Below, piece after piece: positions 35,143 to 46,424 of a DNA stretch of 64,000 bases. The stretch's first letter is position 1. Each line of letters opens with the position of its first letter. A model generated the notes under the pieces. The model was given only the letters and a program-made list of their open reading frames with translations, was not told where the DNA came from and did no database searches. The DNA is from Dimorphilus gyrociliatus (Eukaryota; Animalia; Annelida): positions 1,299,643-1,363,642 of the forward strand of contig CAJFCJ010000014.1 in assembly GCA_904063045.1 (NCBI GenBank). The letters run 5' to 3'. The position numbers and the translations under genes are program-made.

Positions 35143-35221
35143 AAACCGGTTGGTGGAACAAATACTGAAATCTATACAGTTTTACACAAGATATATTAGA
35201 AACCGGTTTAAAAACCGGTTT
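35143..35221. promoter_or_regulatory. Three palindromic AACCGGTT motifs in the BRCA2/THAP divergent promoter (Grainyhead/CP2-like consensus)
   Basis: AAACCGGTT at 35143-35151; AAACCGGTTT at 35200-35209 and 35212-35221. Confidence 0.45.
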
Positions 35222-35399
35222 AAAATTATAGTAATTTTCCGAACACTATATACAAAGTTTCGTATTGTATATTTGTTACTGGTGTTTATTAACTGAAGGT
35301 TCTTTATGTATTATTGTTAATTAGAAATAAAATTTAAACTTTTAAGAATCATTATAAGATTGTTTAGATATATTTTTTGTTTCTTCCGTTTTGATCAAA

Positions 35400-38300
35400 A
35401 TGTAAGTTTACTGTTTTTTCAAATTTCACTACACTTTCACAAAATTCTAAGTAATTAATCTCAAGAACCATTCGATGGCATAATTTAAAGCACCATTTAA
35501 GCTAAATATTGTTTAACAGGAACCTGAAATATGTTTGTGCTGTATTCGATTGTCTAAATAATGATAGGAATACACAGGATGTTTCATTCTTTGAGTTTCC
35601 AAAGAAAGAGAAATATCCTGATTTGCACAAACAATGGATAGCATTATCAGAAAGAAATAACCCTCTTGATTTAGAGGTTCACCGATTGTGTTCAAAGCAT
35701 TTTAATGACAGTGATTTGAAAGTCACGTTAGATTCAAATAATCATAAAAGATATGAGTTAATTGATGAAACGAAAGCATTACCTAGTAAATTTCCTGGAA
35801 GAGATAATCAAAAGCAAAACGAAGCACTTGAAACAGTCAGTAGCTGAATAATTCTATTAAAAGTTCATCCATTCATCAGTGTATATACAGATTTCCTGTG
35901 TAATTTGTGGATCGACTGACAAGAGAGCTGAAAATTTCATCAGGTATATAAGCATTGTTTAATTTTATGCTCTCAAAAAACGGTTATTTGGTGCAGATTC
36001 CCTGAAAATTCACCAATAAAAGAACTATGGACTGAAATATGCTTTGGAGAAGAGAAAAGAATAAACAAGAGTTCTTTGGTCGTTTGTGTGGAACACTTTT
36101 GTACAAACTCCCTTCAATTTGACGGAAACGGAAAATATTCCTTAAAAGAAGGATCTGTACCCATCATACATTCTGCAAGCTCTACAGATGTGGTGAGAAA
36201 GAAATTTAGTTATCGCTCATAAATTATTTATCTAAATTTGATAGAAAAGCGAACCAGAAAATGATATTACTGAAGAGGAAAAAAATACAGATGGTGAAAA
36301 CCAGAATTCCGTAGAACCTGTAATTATTCCTTGCTTCTAATATTACAATATGTATGCAAATTGTATTTTTAGATGCCATCTGAGACTATGATTGGCGATG
36401 AAACGAGTGAAGAAGACTATGGGATAAGTGTTCGAGTTGAAAGAAACATTCCTTCTGATTGTGCGTACAATCTTCCAAAAGTCAGTTTTATTTTACAGCT
36501 AATAAATAAAACAATGCACAGAATATATTCATTTGTAGGTGTCATTTAAGTTGGATAAAATTGATGAAGTATTAAGAATTAAGCCTGACGACACAGGGTA
36601 CTTTAGCATAAATATTAAAGACTTGCCAGGCTCTCTAATAGGAAAACAAACCGTTAGAAAAAGAACTGGCCAATACGAAACAAGTGAGGTCAAAGACTTA
36701 AGCTCTCAACGAGGTCGACGGTATCTAGAAGGAATATGCTTAATGAAAGGCTGCTCGAATAGAGTATCAAATGCCATTAAAACTGGTGTAAGATTTTTCC
36801 CTTTTCCGAAAACTGAGATAATGTTCGTATAACTTTATCAAAAAAGGATATAGTATATAGTATTTTCTTATAATGCAAAAGGGCTCGAAAATGGGCGGAA
36901 TGCACTGGAAGAAAGAATATGCTAAAGGTTAGCACGGACATTTTACAACGAAAAGTAATTTGCAGTGAGCATTTTGCTGATGAAGATTTCCGGAATCCAA
37001 GGTCGACATTTACGAGTCAACTAAAGAAAACTGCTATACCCCAAGAAATAAGTGATACTGAAGACAGAGAAGATGACGACGATGATGATGATGACTCATC
37101 ATTGTGGCTCGAGGATACTAATGTAAGTGTGCAGTTTTCTTTATGTGCTCTAGTTTTTCGAGAAGTTTAAGTTAAATGTCATTTTAAATTTAGGACGATT
37201 TCTTATACGAGTGGAAACCAAGAAAAAAACGACGCCGATTTGCAGATTCAATTAAACCTTTGAAGAGTACAAGGCAGACCTCCGTAAGTATACCATTGAA
37301 CTTTTCTGCGCAGTTTGATTTTAAATAACAGGTTTTAAAGGTTAAATTAGAACGAATTACCAAAAAGTATTCGTCCGCTGCAACAAGAAAATCGATGGAA
37401 ACTGGAGAAAGGACTGGTAAAATAGCTACTCTTTCAACATCAACTCAAACACCTAATACAATAGTTGTAAATAAAACTACAAATAAAGGTAGCAGGCCAA
37501 TGGAGGCTCCCCTAGGAACTTTACAGTTGATTGACAACAAAGCTTTAAAAGTACGTCTTCCTGAATTCTGGAAACCGAGCAGAGTTTATGCTACAGAGCC
37601 TGTTCCAAATATTAACAATAGAAAATTATATATTCCAAAATTATGTTACGACGGTATGAAAACGGATGTGAAACGTATTGTTCTAAGCCTTGGTAAACAT
37701 GAAGATGGGTTAGGAATTACTTTACCAGGCGCCTGGAAGGCTTTAGACGCTTTTGTACTCGCGCCTGAAGCTAAAAAAGGGAAGCATAAGCTTGTAATAC
37801 CATGTGAAGTTCCTAAACGTAGTAAAATGAATAAAAACCAAACATCCATCATTATAAAAACATCTGGTAACTTTCGTCAATCAGTCAGTTCTTCCGCTAC
37901 CGCAAATAATACTCCGCCAAAACCCTCAAGTACACAAGCTCGAGATGCTTTTATTATGGGAAACGAAAAGGTTGACGATTCAGTATTGAAAGAAGTTTCG
38001 AACGAATATACAACAAGTGAAACAACAGATTCAACTGATATATTAGAGAACGTTTTAAACAGTATGGAGGGAGTTAAAAACTATCGATTTACAGACAATT
38101 TAGAGCCGACTATCACCTGCTTCCCACTTCGATTGTTCTCAAAGTCCCCTGCCAGTCCGTCAACCGAAGATGCATTCGTTCTTACACGAGAAGAAAAGAT
38201 TGCCTTCGCTAAATTACTAAAAAAAGTGAGAAGCAATCAAGTACAAGACGAGCAATCGACCAACGTCGTGATGGCGTTGACGAACGAGCAAATAAGCCAG

Positions 38301-38468
38301 GTATCTGAACTATTGAGAGCAACGCATGAGTTGAGCGATAACATAGCAAAAACTCCGCTCGGTTTTATGATCGATACTGGTATGCATAAATTAACGATCG
38401 TTCCTGCTGAAAGCTCAGAGCAGAATTGCGATATTGTAGAAGCGGCAATGCAAGTTGCGGATATATAA
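35400..38468 (+). CDS. Multi-THAP zinc-finger protein (three C2CH THAP domains, acidic tract, basic NLS, long low-complexity C-terminus)
   Basis: THAP1: CAVFDC...FFEFPK...W...LCSKHF...ALP. THAP2: CVICGS...FIR|FP...W...VCVEHF...GSVP. THAP3: CLMKGC...FFPFPK...W...ICSEHF...TAIP. NLS-like KPRKKRRR. Terminal exon ends at 38468. Confidence 0.88.
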
Positions 38469-39011
38469 TACTGTTGCACGTCATGAATAGTTAGAACGTA
38501 GTAATGCTATTAGTATTCAGTATGATCTAATAGGGTATAATATTATATCCACTGATGTTATTCGTGTCTCGTTTTCTCATTTGTTTCGTGTGTTCTGCGA
38601 AATAGATTTTCCTTCATGTATTCTTTCACTGCATGTTATCTCCGAACAAATTAAACGAAATGATTGATGGCAGCAGAAAACGAAAAAAAAAACGAAAGCA
38701 CATGAAACGTATTCAAACAACTGAACCTTTAACAAACACATTTGAGGAAAAAATTTTCGCATGCTTTCCAAAATAATTATTACCGGTACAGTTAAACAAA
38801 TAATTTTCAAGAAGAATTTACGTTGTACAGAGAGAAAGAACAATTTATACAACTCGCTTCTTTGAATTATTAAACAAAAAATTCACCCAGCAACATTAAT
38901 CTAGTGCAGGCGCGTTAACGCAACTCAACAATAATTTTATGTATAAACAATTAAGGTGAGCAACCGCGTGCAACAAATTGGCCCATTTCGGAAAAAAACA
39001 GTCTTTTTACA

Positions 39012-41224
39012 TTACACGGCAGACGGTAGCGAAGCTGAATCATCTGTAAAGAACATCTCGACGTACAGCTGCGGAAAAGTTAGTTCCGTATGGTCTTCTT
39101 TAATTCTATGAACAGCAAGACGGTGTTGATTGTTCGTCTCTTTCAAGTCAGTTAATAAGCTCAGCATGTCGTTTTGCCTGCTTAATCCCAGCTCTGCATT
39201 ACGAAATTTTGCTGTAGGGGAAAAGGAAAAGCTTACGTAAAAGTATGGAATTGGAAACCCTTAGAAAAGTGAACAAAGCTCGTTTTTGTATAAAACTCAC
39301 ATTCGCAATAACGACGTAAAAATCCATGCTGAATAGCTGATACAGTTTCAATTATCTGCTTTCCCGTCTTGAATTCGTTTTCTGGCACTGTTATATATAT
39401 TTTTTTTAAGTTTATGTTTTTGTTTTTTCTCGAAAGATAAGATTACCAAAGCACTAAGGAATACAATTAAAACAAAAATCAAATTAACTTACCATTTGTG
39501 ATGAGAACTATGGCACACAGTACGGCAACTTCAATGTCATCTAATTGTAATCTTTTTACATCAAAACCTATCTTGTGAAAGTGCATGAGCAGAGATCGGA
39601 GAGGTGTGAACGTTGTCAGCATTGTTTCCTTCTCCGAAGGAGAGAGATTGAAATAATTATACTCCTGTCAAGAACAATAAATAATTATATAATGTCCTCA
39701 TAGTGAACAAATAATTATCTTACTCTTCTCTCTATATTGTAGTCCATGGCTAGCATTATCATAACAATTTGATAAGTGGCAAATTGAACCATTACTATCT
39801 GATCTTCGACGTGTATGTCTTTAAAACCTGGTACCTTCTTAGCAAATCTCAATACACCTTGAGCATGTAGAGCAAACATTTTCATAACACCCTGCCAAAC
39901 AACGGTAAAAGAAGTTCCTGGTGGCTGTATAGGCACAGCCCTTTGATCCCTATTACATATTACGAGCAATTCCTTATACGCAGTCATAAGAATCTCCGAT
40001 AAAGCTGTCATCGAATGATCTTTGGCCATTCGGGGCAAGATAGACGGCTGAGGTACGAGATTTTGAACGACAGAGGTGGATTGCGTTGAAGAAGGTAAAT
40101 ACGGAGCAGGAGGTGGTATCGGCTGCTGAGGATTATGGAGATGTTGCGTGTGCAAATGAGGAATTGATTGAGTGAGCGAAGGATGAGTAGGAGGAGGCCC
40201 TGGAGTAGAATCGGCAATTGCATTAGAAGGGGCTGTCGTGCGTCCTTCCGAACGTAAATTCTCTAATTCGAGCATTGTGGCATGCTTCACTGAGTTTGGT
40301 TGGCGACCAATTCTAGAACCCTCAGGAGTCATCCCGACTCCTCGGCATTTCTGATACCGGCAAAATTTGCACATATTCCTCGTAGCTGTTGTAATAGTGC
40401 ATCTGCCATTCCTGGCACAAACATATTTACAACTATCTCTTTCCCTGACCGTACGACGGAAGAATCCCTGTACAAAGAGCAATTATTAATGAAAAAGAAT
40501 CCTGTAAAGAGAGCAATAACAAAAAGCGATTCACTTTAAGCGTAAAAAATATAACGGCTTATAACAGTGGCGGCGACCGCCACGGTTGTCGACATTAAAT
40601 CTAAAAAAGTCGCTATTTAATCTACGGCGCTTCTTATCCGTTCAACGCCGGCTGTTATAATACGGTATCAATTAGTAGCAGCTGCCCTACCTTACATCCT
40701 TCGCATGTGATCGCACCAAAGTGATACCTGAAGAAGTTTAAAAAATTAATCGTGTTACAGTTCCACATTTAAGACAAAAGCTTATATAAGGATTTTCTAA
40801 TGAATTATGCACACAATTGCCAAAATGAAAACTCACCCAGATGAAGGCGCGCCGCATACTTTGCAAGGTATATTTGAAATCTTCGCATCTAAAAATCCTT
40901 TCTGACCTGAGGATTATAGTAATAAGATCATAGTATATTTGTATTGAAAGTAAAAAAAAAACGTCTTTAACAATATTAATCTATTTATAATTTAAGTACA
41001 AAGATGAGTCTCCGCAGTTAGAATTACACTTGTTTTGTCTTATTCTCTGTCTTATGTACTGTGTAATTTGTATATATGAGCAACTCTCTCACGAATGAGC
41101 ATTATTATACAATTTTTTAATGAATTATTGTTAATCCCATTTTTGATAGTTCTATTTTTAAGTCCTTATAAATACCTAATAAAATAGGTATTAAGTGCTC
41201 AACAGATATTCAATACATATAAAC

Positions 41225-41276
<52 letters not shown>

Positions 41277-43372
41277 CCGTATAGAATATACTATTTATAA
41301 ATTTATATATATGACCGTATTTGTTAATAGTACAGGCGACTCTTATAAAGCACATATACATATATGCTGTATACTGTAAATACAGTGTATGTGTTTAAAA
41401 ATATCTAACTGTGTAAAAAACAATCGAATAATAATAGCCGTAAGAAGCTTTAACGTACAATGACACATTAATTAATTAAAAGCTCCTAACGGCAACTCTT
41501 CTGGCAAGAACATACATATTTCTGTTCGTGTAAGATATTATGCAATCCTCTTATGTAACTCAGTTGGTGGTTAAGACGAAAAGAAAGAAGCTTTCATAGT
41601 GAGACGCGGACGAAGAAGATGAAAGCATTCGGTGGCTAATCAGGACACACACTTACAACTAGTCAAAAAACTGAATAAATATACAGGAGTAGTAAACATC
41701 GAACACTAATCACTACTGCTAGAGCAAAGAGCATCATTTCCGACTAAGGGAATAATGCCTCGTCTGTCGGTGTCGGTGCTAATTAGAAGTAATACGATTA
41801 TAATTGCTGGACCCAGATACACATATAAATACAAGACAGATCGTAGGCGTATGTTTTCCTTTTCAGTATGACGTAGTGACTTCTTTTTTTTCTTTTTTCT
41901 TGGTTACAAAATTACCAAAAGGGTTTTCGAATGTAAAACCAAAAAGCGTAATTAAATCTTAACGGCAGGCTTAGCCTAGTTATTATGGCCGTATAATCAA
42001 AATAATCCCTTCAACGGCCGTTTAACAACCCACAGTATTACCATGATCAGGTCAGCGACTTTTTTTTTAAAAGAAAATCCTGATCAATTACAATCGGCAA
42101 TACAATAACAATCCTATATATACTCGTACACCGCTTTTGTGATAGCCTAGTCGCCTCACAATACAACGTCTGAAAAAAAATGCTTGGCCAAAAATGCGTT
42201 TTCACTAAAATGAATACGCTGATATCGGAGGGAGTTCTGTATATATATATATATAAAACAAAATACAAAACAGCACAGCTTTACATTTATAAAACAGATG
42301 TAATATAAGTAATAATGAACGTACCTGGTCTGTACATTCCTAATTGTATACATTTTTGATATCTGCAGGATTGACATTGTGTTCTAGTTTCCTTCGTCAC
42401 AACGCAGTCTCTGTTACGTTGACAGGCAAACTTGACATTCTGCTGCTTTTGGCATCGTACAAAAAATTTCTGTAACAAAAAAAGATGTATCAACATTACG
42501 TAAGATAGTCTTTTAAAAGGTCGGACAAAAATAGTTCCAAAAAATACAATAAAGACAAAATAGGATACGAGAGAACAAAACTCTGCTGTCCTTGAATAAA
42601 TACAATCGAAACAAGCGGGGTGTAGGCTAATTATTAAAAGTTCATTTCCTACTACTAAGGCAACTCTAGGTATACTCAAACAGAGAAAATAAAGATAAAT
42701 GGAACGTATTACAAGGAAAAGAGGAAATAGTTTCCCTACCTTACAGGCTTCGCAGACGTACGCACCACAGTGAAAACCGGCTGCAACGTCGTTACATACT
42801 TGACAAAGTGTTCTTTCGACGTTCTTATTTTGAGCATACACATGGGAGCTCGTTGGGGCACCTTCGTCACCGCTCGGTCTCCTACCAACCGATGATGAAA
42901 AGTTTGGCGAAGGTTGATAATGACCATCAATTCCGAAGGATTCGGATTCAGCCGGCTCAGTCTTGATAAGTAAGGACTGCTGTTCACTAGAGTGATGATT
43001 TACGGGTGAATTGTACGGTTTATACGGCGAAGTGTGGCGGTCGGTGTGCGTAACTTGTTCAAATAGTCCATGATACGAGTTACTTGTTAGAGGTAGTCCG
43101 TTTCCATTCGGCGTTACCTTATAACTATCCTCTAAATCTTTGTTGTAGTGATCCTCGGTGTCTAGGCTGCTGTTGTCCTCTTTCAGAGCTCGCTTCTGTT
43201 GGCTGTTGTTCGTCAAATCGATAGCCTTCCTCTTCCGACGTTCCTCATCCTCCATGTTTCTGAAGGATTGAAATTGTTTAGGGGGAAGATGATTTCTCTG
43301 TAAGCCGTAAGTAGAATCTTGATAATACTTAGCATCATAAGACCAATAATTGGCGTAGAAAGTTTGATACAT
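39012..43372 (-). CDS. Two-DNA-binding-domain nuclear receptor (2DBD-NR)
   Basis: DBD1: CQVCNDVAAGFHCGAYVCEACK|KFF...CQSCRYQKC (exons 42740-43372, 42325-42469). DBD2: CKVCGAPSSG|YHFGAITCEGCK|GFFRR...CKFCRYQKC (exons 40837-40906, 40691-40727, then the large exon). LBD signature FAKKVPGFKDIHVEDQIVMV, and AF-2-like LYVEMF before the stop at 39012. Confidence 0.93.
41230..41272. repeat. (AT)n microsatellite, among the longest in the window
   Basis: About 21 AT units in the intron between the DBD1 and DBD2 exons. Confidence 0.95.
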
Positions 43373-43816
43373 TAGTAATACAAGCGTTAATGACGCTCTC
43401 TGAGCAGCAACTGTTAAGAGACTAGCAGACAACCTGGCCTAACTGCGCATCCAGTTTGCGCAGATCGCCTTAATACGCACTCTAGTCATAAACACAGCTT
43501 ATCCAGGTTGTCCTCGGGGTTTTATGGGTTATTTTCGATGTAAAGCGATCACTTATTATTTAAAGACAACATTCAACACAAAACACAAAATAACATACGT
43601 GCGTAGTTTGATAATTATGATTAAAATCCCACACGGTAGCGCTCCTCTGGAAACCTTCACCTTCTTACACATTCCACCTTGACCTTGAGTGAAAACGAGG
43701 CTTGTTGCCGATTAGCAGACGACAACTTATTAGAGATTTAATGGGAATTATTCCTAGAATTGGCTTCAAGAAACGTTTAATTGACCCTAGCTAGGTTTCA
43801 CATAGTCACCAGGGGA

Positions 43817-44833
43817 ATGTCTACAATTCAATTTAGAAATTCAAGCTGTTGCGTAGAATGCGGTGCTAAGGCGAAAGAACCTTTCAAGAAGTTCGACGGA
43901 AATGTCATTAAAATGACTTACTGCGTAAATAGGCCGTACTTTTTTGAGATTATCATTAAACTAGTTTTTTCTCAACCAAGTAGGACGAATGTGGGGAGTT
44001 AGTTGATAAATATTTTGAATACGATACTGTCTTGAAAATACTGTCCCTACTTCTACACAAACCTCAAGGTTACAAACACATCGTACTAAATAGCCGTTCC
44101 ACAGGTGTAAGTTTTCTTCTAATTTAATGTACGCGCCGAGATCTACGTACATATATTTAATTGCAGGAGCACGAATGGAAGTTATTATTAGTTTTGGTTT
44201 TGTGTGACGCTTACCAGAGATGGGCTATTTTGTACGCTAAAGAATATTCGAAAGAGACTGAGATGATATTCTATGCAGCTTTGGAAATGAATTTTTATTA
44301 CTGCTTCGTTTACGCCATGTTCAGTAAGCGATCGCAAATTAGTTGTCGAGCTGTAATGATTTCATTGCCTATTTTATAAATTTTTATATTCATACAGAAT
44401 GGTTTATATTAAATATTATACTCTCTGCAACGCTTTTCCTCTACGATGGAAAACCTTGTTTAGATCGGTTGACAACGATAATGAGATGTATGATTATATC
44501 CAGTTTCGCGAAACTATTTGCCATTCCGGCCTTAATCTGGGCTCAAACCCAAAGCACTAATTACCTTGCTCTTACCTATTTATTTTTGCTCACTTCTAAT
44601 ATTACCGCCTTAAAGGGTAAGTATTTTTTTCTTTCTCTCCTTTTTATTACTTTCCATCATGTTTTTTCTTTTCTAATATTTTCTGAACATAGTACATTTT
44701 TCCTTTTTTTTCTTTTTATACTACAGCAATTTTAAACACGAACCGAATAGTTTGTACATTAATTGTTACTCTGTCCCACTATTCATCAGCATTGATTTGC
44801 GAGCAAGTTTCATCAATGTTCAACAATCTATGA
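43817..44833 (+). CDS. ARV1: Protein ARV1 (ER sterol/GPI homeostasis)
   Basis: Five exons. Arv1 homology domain CVECGAKAKEPFKKFDGNVIKMTYC|DECGELVDKYFEYD...HKPQGYKHIVLN, followed by several TM segments. Stop at 44831-44833. Confidence 0.9.
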
Positions 44834-45007
44834 GTACAAAAGCGAAGACGAATGAGAGAAAGCAAATATTTGAGCACATGGAAAGAGTTCATATGTATAA
44901 AAAAAATACAGAATGTTTTTTTCTTCTTTTGCAGTTTTGTACATATTTTGTACATTAATATATATATAAATATATATATATATATTGTATACATGTGTTT
45001 GTATATA

Positions 45008-46257
45008 TTATAGTCCCGTATCCATTGCACTATCTTGGATGCTATGAAAGAATAAACCACAGAATGCATCCTCCAAAGAACGTTGCAAGTGATATAATGG
45101 CCTATAACCGCCAGCTTTATCCGATGGTTTTGTCATTTCCAGACTTTCCCTTGTTGCATAACCCAAATCTAATAATTCTTCCTCTTCACCAACCTCTGGT
45201 CCGCACATATCTCTTTCGATTGGTATATATGAATACTGTTCGTATTCGATTTTGACTTCAGCTTTTACATTCAATCGAGCACCAACACTAATTCCTGTAG
45301 AAAATTCAGTTTGGCGCTTAACTTCCTTCTCTTCTTTTTTATGAGCGTTAATAATTTTATCTGCAGATAAGGTTGATGTGGTCTATAAAAAATTCATTGT
45401 TAGTAATGAAGCGATATTAATGAAGAAAATTTACCAGCTCTTCAAGTAGCGCTTCCTTGCGTTTCTTTTTTTGCTCCTCATTTTCCGCCTCTTCACGCTG
45501 TATAAATTTATTCCAATTTTCTTTTTGCATTTTTTCGTCTTCTATTAGTCTGGATAAGAACTCTTCGTCCTTGCTCTGCAACAAGTAAAAGAATAAATTT
45601 GCCAACGTTCAATCAAATATTCTTTCAGGGCACGGACCAGTTTCGATCTGTTTCGTGTGATAATTTCTTGATTAGCCCTTCTATATTCTTCTACTTTTCT
45701 ATTTGTTTCCTCAACATCCACTTCATTGGTTAGATTGAATACTGTAAGGGAAATAACACCAATAAATAATATCATTCATTTCCATTTGAATCAATTTACC
45801 AATATTCTCAACTTCTTCTAAATAGTCATTGTACTCAGCAAGCGTAAGAAAATCTTCCTCTCGTTTATTAAAACTAGAATATATATAAGAATATAAGTGA
45901 ATTTGTAGAGGAACAAATGACGTAAACAAATAAACAAACTCTTTTAGAATCCTCTTTCTTATGTCAACTTCCTTTTCTATATAGGAATCTTCAAAGGTCT
46001 GCAAACGAAACTTCTGCTTTCTTAGAGAGATTCCGCACTCCGGACACGGTCCGGATCCTCGTGTAAAAAGAAATTCTACACAAGTATGACATCTGTAAAA
46101 GTAAATTTTAATAAAAAACAGTCAAACATTAGCTTATTATCGCTCGGCAAAAATGAAATATCACTTACAGTGGATGGCCGCATACGTTAACCAAAAGTTT
46201 TAAAGATGGATTTCTATATTTAGTTGTTTTACACCGAGGACATTGGATATCGTCCAT
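45008..46257 (-). CDS. MNAT1: CDK-activating kinase assembly factor MAT1
   Basis: RING finger [56 protein letters not shown]...YNDYLEEVE, and C-terminal AGGY...[11 protein letters not shown]. Confidence 0.96.
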
Positions 46258-46424
46258 TTTTCTCGTTCATTAGGCAGTAAAATTAACTAAAATAAATTTT
46301 TGAAACGACCACCGGAACCTGTGCCTTTCGGTGCTGCCATCTACACTATAACGAAACAATTAAAGTGATTGCGACGAGAAGTTGAATTGTACCCATAAAA
46401 TTAACACACCCAAGGGCTGTCAAT

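Noticed and set aside
35400-38468. THAP gene as an active P-element transposon
   Set aside because: No transposase catalytic region, terminal inverted repeats or target-site duplication seen; the gene has ordinary introns.
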